From assembly GCA_031385555.1 (NCBI GenBank), contig JANNBP010000285.1, positions 1 through 43,023 of the forward strand: 43,023 bases of DNA, read 5' to 3'. This document shows positions 1 through 7,104 of the stretch, one piece after another. Each line of letters starts with the position of its first letter. Position 1 is the stretch's first letter. The notes beneath the pieces are model-generated. The model was not told where the DNA came from. It did not search any database and worked only from the letters and a program-made list of their open reading frames with translations. The stretch comes from Deltaproteobacteria bacterium (lineage in GTDB: Bacteria; Myxococcota_A; Polyangia; Haliangiales; Haliangiaceae). The translations under genes and the position numbers were made by a program.

Positions 1-942
1 AACCTCGATCTCCTCCACCCGTTCGACACCACCCAGGACGAGAACACGGGTGAGTTCACCGCCGTGTCGGTCAGCGTCGGCGGCACCGGCCTCGACGCGT
101 TCGTCACCGACGTGACCACGAGCGAGATCACGCTCCAGGCAACGGCGGACATCGACGCGACCACGGGTCCGTTGACGATCACCTCCGGCACGGACGTCTC
201 GCCTGCCGGCAATCTCGACGTGGCCGCGCGCACCGCGATCCCGCTGGTGCTCGGCACCCCCGCAACCGCGACGCTCGACAACTCGGCGCTCTATGAAGTC
301 GACCTCGCCACAGCGCAGTTGCTCTCGCTCTCGGTTACCTCCGCGGATGAGAACGCAGACGTCGCGTACACGCTCCTTCCGGCCAGCGGCAAGTGGGCCG
401 ATGTGACGTCGGGCTTCTCGTCGGCGGATAACCTCGTGACCGCCCCTGGTGACAAGTTCTATCTGTCGGTCCTCGATCTCGGCTTGCTCAGTGGCTACAG
501 CTACACGATCAGCGCTGACGGTCTAGCCCTGCCCGCGAATGCAACGGCGGAAGTCGAGCCGAACGAGACGTCGGCGGCGGCCACCGCCGGTACCGGTGGC
601 GTCGTTCACTTCACCGGTGCGCTCGCCAACGATGCGGACGTCGACTTCTACAAGGTGACCGTGACGAATGTTCAGACGATCCGCGTGGTCACCACGGCCG
701 GCGACGGAGCCACCGACACGCAGATCTCGATCTTCAACCCGAACGGCACCACGCTGACCAAGGACGCCAACGGTGACGACATCGACGGCTTCGACGTTGG
801 CGTCGGCGACGACGTGACCACGGATACGCTGACGCCGGGTACTTACTTCATCAAGATCGAGGCGTCGGCGTTCGCGGTGTTCTTCGGCTATGCGCCGGCG
901 AACGATCCGTACGACGCCATCGTCATCGTCGAAACACCCTGA
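1..942 (+). CDS. Secreted repetitive protein with a C-terminal pre-peptidase (PPC)-like domain. It is 5'-truncated by the window edge.
   Basis: The frame is open from nt 1, before the first ATG at 64. The C-terminal ~110 aa (DVDFYKVTVTNVQTIRV...GTYFIKIEASAF) resembles the bacterial PPC beta-sandwich domain. GC3 is high. Stop at 942. Confidence 0.5.
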   Translation, partial: NLDLLHPFDTTQDENTGEFTAVSVSVGGTGLDAFVTDVTTSEITLQATADIDATTGPLTITSGTDVSPAGNLDVAARTAIPLVLGTPATATLDNSALYEVDLATAQLLSLSVTSADENADVAYTLLPASGKWADVTSGFSSADNLVTAPGDKFYLSVLDLGLLSGYSYTISADGLALPANATAEVEPNETSAAATAGTGGVVHFTGALANDADVDFYKVTVTNVQTIRVVTTAGDGATDTQISIFNPNGTTLTKDANGDDIDGFDVGVGDDVTTDTLTPGTYFIKIEASAFAVFFGYAPANDPYDAIVIVETP

Positions 943-1065
943 ACACAACTGCCGACTGCGCCACGCCTCAATGGGGCGAAGCGCGGCGAGAAGCGCCGCT
1001 GGGTGTTATGCCAGCGGCGTTCTTGTTTTGAGCAGACCACGCAGCAGGGCAACGTCAGAGAGTGC

Positions 1066-2403
1066 TTACTTGCTCTCCAACTCGCGATTCGCGCTGACGT
1101 CCGGAGACGTGGTTGCTGCCGAGATGGACGGCGACTTGCCGCTCGGCGTGTAGGTCTGCAAGAACCCGATACTGCCGCCGCCGGCGCCCACTCCAGCTCG
1201 CCCGACGCCGGCCGGGTTATCGAGAGCCCCACCAGTTCCACCTCCGATGCGTCCACCGTTCGCGGGGGACGTCGTATGGGTGCCGTTCAAACCGCGACTG
1301 CCGGGCTGAGTGAACGTGCCCTGCAAGTTCGTGAAGGGCGATCCACCACCACTGCCACCATTCGCGAACAACGCGCCCGTGATTTCGATGCCAACACCTT
1401 GAAGCACGATGTACCCACCACTGCCTCCACCGTGTCCTCCAGCCTGGATCGTCGTCGGGTTCACCAGCGTTGCACCTGCTCCACCACCACCGCTCACGGA
1501 GATCCGACCGTCCACCCGAATCGTGCCGCGGCAGGAGATCAACGTTGCAGCACCGCCACCGCCACCACCATCAGCACCACTACCTCGGATCCCGCCGACG
1601 AGCGAAGGCAGGTCCGCCGGGTCGGTGGTGGCGGGTCCGCCGTTCGCGGCGCCTCCATCTCCCGATGCAGCGCCTCCGTGGCCGCCATCCGTGGCAAAGC
1701 CCGCACCGCCACCGCCGAGACTATTGGTGGGCGTGCCGCCAGAACTCGACAGTCCACCGCCTGCTCCGTTCGTCGAGTCGTTGGCGTCGATCTCCAGCGC
1801 ACCGGCGATGGCCAGGTCTTGATCGGCCACCAGTGCGAGGGCCCGACTCCCTGACACCTGAACGAGGTCGCTGGTAGGGACCGTGATCGTGTTCGCGTGC
1901 ACGACACAGATCTCGGTACCGTCTGACTGCGGCGCGATCGCGCTGCACAGCAGATCGACCGAGGTATCGAAACTCGTCGACAACACGAGATCTCTGGATT
2001 CTAGCGTATCGCAGATGTCCGGCAGATACCGAGGGACGATCGCCGTATCGCAGCTGCCCGCTGCGCAGAACCCTTCGCCACACTCCTCATTTGTCGAGCA
2101 AGGGACGCACTGTCCTTCCGAGCAGACTCCCGAGCACTCCAAGCTGGCCTCGCACTCGAAGCATTGTCCATCCGCGCCGCAGTGGGGGAGGGTTGTTGGA
2201 CAGTCTGCTTCCGTCTGGCAACTGGTCTCGGTGCAGCGATTGAACAAGCACGTGAGACCTTCTGCGCAATCGGTACCTAGCGGTAACCCGAACGCGTCGC
2301 AGTCCTCTTGCGTCGTGCAGCACGCCTCCGGGTTCTTCTTCGTACACGCGACCCCAGCGGTTCCCACGAGCAACAGCAACACCATCAACGCCACAGACTT
2401 CAT
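1066..2403 (-). CDS. Secreted lipoprotein with Myxococcus-type cysteine-rich repeats and a long glycine-rich C-terminal region
   Basis: The internal Met gives a signal peptide with a lipobox (MKSVALMVLLLLVGTAGVAC). The N-terminal 120 aa contain repeated C-x-DC-x-G-x-C modules of the TIGR02232-like myxo disulfide repeat. The rest is Gly-rich (GGGGAG, GGHGG runs). Confidence 0.6.
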   Translation of the reverse strand: MKSVALMVLLLLVGTAGVACTKKNPEACCTTQEDCDAFGLPLGTDCAEGLTCLFNRCTETSCQTEADCPTTLPHCGADGQCFECEASLECSGVCSEGQCVPCSTNEECGEGFCAAGSCDTAIVPRYLPDICDTLESRDLVLSTSFDTSVDLLCSAIAPQSDGTEICVVHANTITVPTSDLVQVSGSRALALVADQDLAIAGALEIDANDSTNGAGGGLSSSGGTPTNSLGGGGAGFATDGGHGGAASGDGGAANGGPATTDPADLPSLVGGIRGSGADGGGGGGAATLISCRGTIRVDGRISVSGGGGAGATLVNPTTIQAGGHGGGSGGYIVLQGVGIEITGALFANGGSGGGSPFTNLQGTFTQPGSRGLNGTHTTSPANGGRIGGGTGGALDNPAGVGRAGVGAGGGSIGFLQTYTPSGKSPSISAATTSPDVSANRELESK

Positions 2404-2501
2404 CCAGCTACGATACGGGAACCACGCACTGAATTGCATGGGCGTGCACTTCGACCGATGCGCGAGAAGTTGCGAACTTCCTCACAACCGCTCGGAATAC
2501 C

Positions 2502-3665
2502 TCAGACCACGACGAGCTGCGGGCTCCGCCGCGCCGTCGCTGCGGCGGGCAACGCGAGCTGCGCCGGCGCCGGCAACGCCAGCGGCTCGCCCTTCTGCGA
2601 GCGCCAGCCATCGAAGCGGCTCGCGATGTGCGCGAACGCGATCGGACACGTCGCCGCGCATGGCTTCGGCGCGTGGAACTCGCGACGGATATCCTCGACG
2701 GTGTAGTCGAGCAGCGGCTTGCCCGCCGCCGACATCCGCGGCGTGCACAGGTGCACGAGCCCGTCCTGGCAGATCATGAAGGTGCGCGCACCGGCCCGGC
2801 GCTTCCAGGCGACGGTGCCCTGGTCGAGCAGTGTCTTGGTGAAGTCGTCGTCGACGAACGCGGGGAGACGGCGGCCGAGGTTGCGGATCTCGTCGTAGGC
2901 CGCGCGCGTCGCCGCATCGGTCGGCTTGAGCTCGCCGGTCTCCTCGCGGACGAGCGAGCAGTTGGAGTCGAAGCCGTAGGCGACCACGGTGCGGGCGACC
3001 TCGAGCGCCTCCTCGGGAGGCGAGGAGCCGAGGACGGTGTTGATGCGGACGCGGAACTTCGCGTGGCGCGCGAGCAGGCGGAGCTTCGGGCGGAGCGGCT
3101 TGAGGGACTTCTTCGAGACGTCGTTCGGGCGCGCGTTGTCGATCGAGAGCTGGAGGGCGTAGAGGCCGGCCTGGTTGAGGCCTTCGATGATCTCGCGCGT
3201 CAGGAGATAGCCGTTGGTGTTGAGGAACGGCTCCATGCCCTTGTCGCGGATGTAGCGAACGAGCTCGACCGCGTCGGGATGGAGGAGCGACTCACCGCCC
3301 GTGAGCGTGACGAAGACCGAGCGCAGCTTCGCGAGGTGATCGATGCGCGCCTTGAGGATGTCCGTCGGGACCGGCTGGCTGACCTTGTCGTATTCGAAGC
3401 AGTAGCCGCAGGACAGATTGCAGCGGCGCGTGATCACGAGGTGCGTGACGATCGGGCGATCTCGGTCGAGCGCAGCCGCGGCGAGGCGGGCGGCGAGGCG
3501 GGCATCGCGCAGGGGTTGCCAGCTCTTGCGGTGGGTAGGCTCGTCGACGTCGTGCATGGTCCGACCACCAAGCCAGATGCATGCCGCACCGAGTTTCGCG
3601 AGGTTGCGCGTCGGATCGTTGGCCCGTTCAACGCCGAGCGTCAGACGGTCGACAGCGTGTCCCAA
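2502..3665 (-). CDS. Radical SAM enzyme with a Cys-containing C-terminal auxiliary (twitch/SPASM-like) extension. The start may instead be the internal Met at 3557.
   Basis: A CX3CX2C motif (ITRRCNLSCGYCF) is followed by a GGE-like motif (TLTGGESLL). Additional C-terminal cysteines are present (CQDGLVHLC, CAATCP). It lies on the same strand as, and ~100 bp upstream of, the Cys-rich lipoprotein. Confidence 0.8.
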   Translation of the reverse strand: MGHAVDRLTLGVERANDPTRNLAKLGAACIWLGGRTMHDVDEPTHRKSWQPLRDARLAARLAAAALDRDRPIVTHLVITRRCNLSCGYCFEYDKVSQPVPTDILKARIDHLAKLRSVFVTLTGGESLLHPDAVELVRYIRDKGMEPFLNTNGYLLTREIIEGLNQAGLYALQLSIDNARPNDVSKKSLKPLRPKLRLLARHAKFRVRINTVLGSSPPEEALEVARTVVAYGFDSNCSLVREETGELKPTDAATRAAYDEIRNLGRRLPAFVDDDFTKTLLDQGTVAWKRRAGARTFMICQDGLVHLCTPRMSAAGKPLLDYTVEDIRREFHAPKPCAATCPIAFAHIASRFDGWRSQKGEPLALPAPAQLALPAAATARRSPQLVVV

Positions 3666-3690
3666 CGTTCACGACACCCTATGATGCGGT

Positions 3691-4710
3691 GTGCAGCGTT
3701 TCGCGTGGGTGTTGATCCTCTGTGTGGCGTGCGGGAAGAAGAAGGAGGAACCGAAGCAGGACCCACCTCCGGTCGTGACGCCCGATGCGGCGGTGGCAAC
3801 GCCCGAACCGCCGAAACCGGATGCGCAGACCGGGCGCCCCCTCGACGACAAGGCACCCCCACCGATCTCGAAGCCCGTCGACGGCGAGTGCACGCGCAAG
3901 AATGAGGACGTCGCGCTGGTGCTCGCGTGCGAGTACCGCTGCCGGGAGAAGAAGGAAGCCGAGGCGTGTGCGGTGGGGGCGAGCAAGTTCTACAAGGGCG
4001 ACGGCATCAAGGCAGATCCCAAGAAGGGCGAGGAGCTGGTTCGGCTCGCGTGCGAGCTCGAGAACCCCGAGGGCTGCGTCTATCTCGCGCGCGTCGACAC
4101 CGCGAAGGCCGACGAGCTGACCGCGAAGGCGACGACGTACTACGAGCGCGACTGCACCGCCGATCAGGCGCTCGCCTGTCTCGACCTCGCGGATCGCACG
4201 AAGAGCTTCGACGAGGCGCGCGCGAAGACCGAGTACAAGAAGGGCCTCGACCTCGCGATCACCGGCTGCACGGCGGGTGACGGCACGCTGTGCTTCGCGG
4301 CTTCGAAGATCCTCGATGCCGGCGGCCTCGGGATCGACAAGGACGTGATGCGCGGGGCCGAGCTGCGCAAGCGCGCGTGCGAGACCGGCCACGCCGCGAC
4401 GTGTCTGCGGTTGTCGACGGAGACCGACAAGGCGGACAAGCGCGAGCCGTTGATCGACAAGGCCTGTGCTCTCGGCCTGCTCAAGGCATGCAGCCAGCTC
4501 GCCCAGGAGCTCGTCGCGAAGAACACCACGCGCGGCGCGAAGGCGATCCAGCGCGCCTGCGAGCTCGGTGATGGCGAGTGGTGCGTCCGGATCGGCGAGG
4601 ACGCGGCGAAGGCCGGCGAGAAGGACAAGGCGATCGAGATGTTCACCAAGGCATGCAAGCTCGGCTCGACCCACGGCTGCTCGCAGGCGAAGCAGCTCGG
4701 CGCGAAGTAG
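3691..4710 (+). CDS. Sel1-like repeat lipoprotein with one disulfide-type Cys pair per repeat (Helicobacter Hcp-like)
   Basis: Signal peptide plus lipobox (VLILCVACG). Seven or more ~36-aa repeats each carry a Cys-x7/8-Cys pair (ACELENPEGCVYLA, ACETGHAATCLRL, ACELGDGEWCVRIG, ACKLGSTHGCSQAK). The gene is divergent from the rSAM gene. Confidence 0.7.
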   Translation: MQRFAWVLILCVACGKKKEEPKQDPPPVVTPDAAVATPEPPKPDAQTGRPLDDKAPPPISKPVDGECTRKNEDVALVLACEYRCREKKEAEACAVGASKFYKGDGIKADPKKGEELVRLACELENPEGCVYLARVDTAKADELTAKATTYYERDCTADQALACLDLADRTKSFDEARAKTEYKKGLDLAITGCTAGDGTLCFAASKILDAGGLGIDKDVMRGAELRKRACETGHAATCLRLSTETDKADKREPLIDKACALGLLKACSQLAQELVAKNTTRGAKAIQRACELGDGEWCVRIGEDAAKAGEKDKAIEMFTKACKLGSTHGCSQAKQLGAK

Positions 4711-4911
4711 CAACGCACGAGCGCTAGGCGGTCGCACGGAGATCGACCTCGTCGGCAACGCGCGAACGTCGATCGGTCGCACGAGAATCGTCGACGATCG
4801 CGATCGCGACTCTGCTGTCGCGTCTCGATCCTGTTGCGAAGAACGCGGGGATCGCAGCGTCGCGAAACCACGAGAGCGACGCGTGGCGGCGGCCTTGCAA
4901 TCGTGCCCGTC

Positions 4912-6036
4912 ATGCAAAGACTCGCTCGCAACGCCCTCCTCTCCTCGCAGCTCCTCTCCTCGCTGGCGGCTTGTACGAAGATGGACACCGACCCTGACGT
5001 CGACGTCGAGAAGGTGATCACGATCTCGACAAACACCGTGCCCGATTTCATCGCCGTCCGCGACGACGCAGATGGGCGATGGCTCGCGCCGACCCTGATC
5101 GGTCCCAACACCTTCACGTTCGTGGCGACCGGGGCCTATCGCGTGACTGTGGCTTGCGACGGAGCTGACCGTCGGGTCGAGCTGTTCCAGATCGCGCGCA
5201 CCCTCGGCGACGACACCACCGTCGACGTCCGTTGCGACAGCTCGGACACCACGGAGCTGACGACGACGATGGTGCAGCCCGGGACGGTCAGCGTCGGCGA
5301 CTACAGCGTGGCTTCGAGCGAGCCGAACTGGGACGTCGTGCTGGAAGCGAACCCGGGCCGCCACACCATCGCCGCGCACGACGACGCGCGCATGCTGATC
5401 CTCCGCGACGTCGAGGTCACCGTCGAGGGATCGACGATCCCGCAGCTCGATCTCGATGCTGGGTTCGGCTTGATCGCCGGCGAGCTGACCACCGACGCGT
5501 TGTTCGACGAGTCGGTGCGAGCGCAAGTCCTCCTCGAGCTCGGCGACACCATCGTGTCCGTGCACGACGGGGATCCGTCGACCGCTCGGTTTGTTCCAGC
5601 TAGCGAGCTGGTGGGCAGCGAGCACCAGTACATCCACGTCTCGGCCCATCGCATCGCTTCGAGCCGCTTCGTCTCGTCCAAGCGCACCGGCAGTCAACGG
5701 CTGACGCTGCCAGCGCCGATGACCGGGACCTTCGCCGTTGTGGGAAGCGACCTGACCGCCACGTGGAAGACGTCGTTGTCGGGGAGCGTCGCGGTACGGT
5801 GGCAGGCGTTCTCGCCCTTCGAGAGCAAGCTCTGGGACTATCAGCTGACCGCGAGCGAGAGCTACGCATCGGCGCTCGGTGAGACCACAACCCTCGAGGT
5901 CGAGTCGATCACCGACCTACCGCCGACCCTCGCGTTCGACAGCGCCACCACGCAGCAGAACCAATCCGTCTCGATCACGGACGACCTGGGCGATGGCGAG
6001 ACTGTGGGTGTCGAGGTGCGTGCCTCGGTCAACTAG
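4912..6036 (+). CDS. Lipoprotein of unknown function
   Basis: The internal Met gives a signal peptide plus lipobox (LLSSLAAC). High GC3. The overlapping 672-aa antisense ORF is Arg/Ala-rich and judged spurious. Confidence 0.55.
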   Translation: MQRLARNALLSSQLLSSLAACTKMDTDPDVDVEKVITISTNTVPDFIAVRDDADGRWLAPTLIGPNTFTFVATGAYRVTVACDGADRRVELFQIARTLGDDTTVDVRCDSSDTTELTTTMVQPGTVSVGDYSVASSEPNWDVVLEANPGRHTIAAHDDARMLILRDVEVTVEGSTIPQLDLDAGFGLIAGELTTDALFDESVRAQVLLELGDTIVSVHDGDPSTARFVPASELVGSEHQYIHVSAHRIASSRFVSSKRTGSQRLTLPAPMTGTFAVVGSDLTATWKTSLSGSVAVRWQAFSPFESKLWDYQLTASESYASALGETTTLEVESITDLPPTLAFDSATTQQNQSVSITDDLGDGETVGVEVRASVN

Positions 6037-6048
6037 GGTAACCCCAGA

Positions 6049-6081
6049 GCTCGCCTGGGTCGATCCGAAGGCCAGGCGAGT
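6049..6081. terminator. GC-rich hairpin (9-10 bp stem, 13-nt loop) in a convergent intergenic region
   Basis: gctcgcctgg ... ccaggcgag(t) form an inverted repeat 13 nt downstream of the 4912-6036 stop. There is no T-tract, which is typical for high-GC genomes. Confidence 0.35.
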
Positions 6082-6191
6082 GATGGGGAACGGGTGGCGA
6101 GTCCTCGAGCCGGGGACCCCGAATACAATCGACCCGTGAGCGGGAGAAGGCGAACTCCCAATCCCTGAGCTCAACTTGGAGGACAGAGAAT

Positions 6192-6210
6192 CTTCCGGCG
6201 AAGCCGGAAG
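6192..6210. terminator. Perfect 8-bp stem with a GAA-loop hairpin, downstream of the minus-strand sigma-factor gene
   Basis: cttccggc gaa gccggaag. It lies ~50 bp 3' of the 6262 stop on the minus strand. Confidence 0.35.
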
Positions 6211-6261
6211 GTCGAGGTCAACCGAGGTGAGCTCTGGGGTTGGAGGTCACGAGTCGGTGGA

Positions 6262-7053
6262 CTACCGCAAGATCCGCGTCAACGTGACATCGACCTGGCT
6301 CTGGACCGCACGCACCACGCTGTCGAGCTCGGCGGGAGGCAGCGCGAGGTCGGCGGCGAGCAACTCGCGGGTGCGCTCGCCGAGCGTGTCGCGAATCGCC
6401 TCGAGCCAGCGTGCTGCGGTCGCGCGATGGACCTTGTAGAGCGCGCCGATGTCGTCGATGGACGAGCCCTCCAGCACGTGGAGCTTGAGCAGCGTGCGGT
6501 CGCGTGGGGTGAGCTCCTCGATCGCGCGCTCGAACGCGGACTCGAAGTGCTTGCGGTAGCGCTGCTTCACGAGCTCGAGCTCCGGTGCCACGGCGCTCGC
6601 CAGCATCGCGGCCGTCTCCGCGCCCGCCTCCATCGGCACCTCGCGTCCGACCTTGCGCTGCAGGCTGATCGCCGTCCGCACCGAGATCACGCGCACGAGG
6701 CCCTCGAACGTGCCCTGTCCTGCGTAGCGCGTGAGCTTCGGGGACTCGCCGTCACCTACGACGAACAGCTTGGTGCGGACGAGCTGGAGCACGTCCTCGA
6801 TCGTGCTCGCGGACAACTTCATCGGCGAGAGCGCCGGCCCGATCGCCGGGAAGTACAGGGCCTCGAAGCGCGCGAACGCGGCCGGATCGCCGGCCTCACA
6901 CGCACACGCGAGATAGAGCTCGCCGGCATCGAGAGCACCCCCGGCTCCGCTCAGCTTCTGCGTGACGATCCTGGCGAACACGTCGCGATCGAGGTCAAGC
7001 CCCGGGTGGCGCTGACGACCCTGCTCGTAGAGCTCCGCGACAGTCTCGCTCAT
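6262..7053 (-). CDS. ECF-type sigma-70 family sigma factor
   Basis: A C-terminal region-4 HTH is present (LTPRDRTLLKLHVLEGSSIDDIGALYKVHRATAARWLEAIRDTL). The N-terminal region-2-like segment contains YLACACEAGDPAAF. The start is taken at MSETVAELYEQ, and the upstream Met at 7077 is also possible. Confidence 0.7.
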   Translation of the reverse strand: MSETVAELYEQGRQRHPGLDLDRDVFARIVTQKLSGAGGALDAGELYLACACEAGDPAAFARFEALYFPAIGPALSPMKLSASTIEDVLQLVRTKLFVVGDGESPKLTRYAGQGTFEGLVRVISVRTAISLQRKVGREVPMEAGAETAAMLASAVAPELELVKQRYRKHFESAFERAIEELTPRDRTLLKLHVLEGSSIDDIGALYKVHRATAARWLEAIRDTLGERTRELLAADLALPPAELDSVVRAVQSQVDVTLTRILR

Positions 7054-7104
7054 CAGGCGAACGTAGCAGCGGCGCACCGCGCGACGATCGTAGACTGCAC
7101 GATA

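Noticed and set aside
3679-5697. 672-aa ORF on the minus strand covering two plus-strand genes
   Set aside because: It is Arg/Ala/Leu-rich, with composition typical of antisense reading in a high-GC genome. It overlaps two plus-strand genes that have clear lipoprotein signals and repeat structure.
6427-7104. 5' extension of the kinase ORF starting at the Met at 6427
   Set aside because: It overlaps the sigma-factor gene on the other strand and is Arg/Leu-rich. The anti-sigma zf-HC2 motif begins right after the GTG at 7105.
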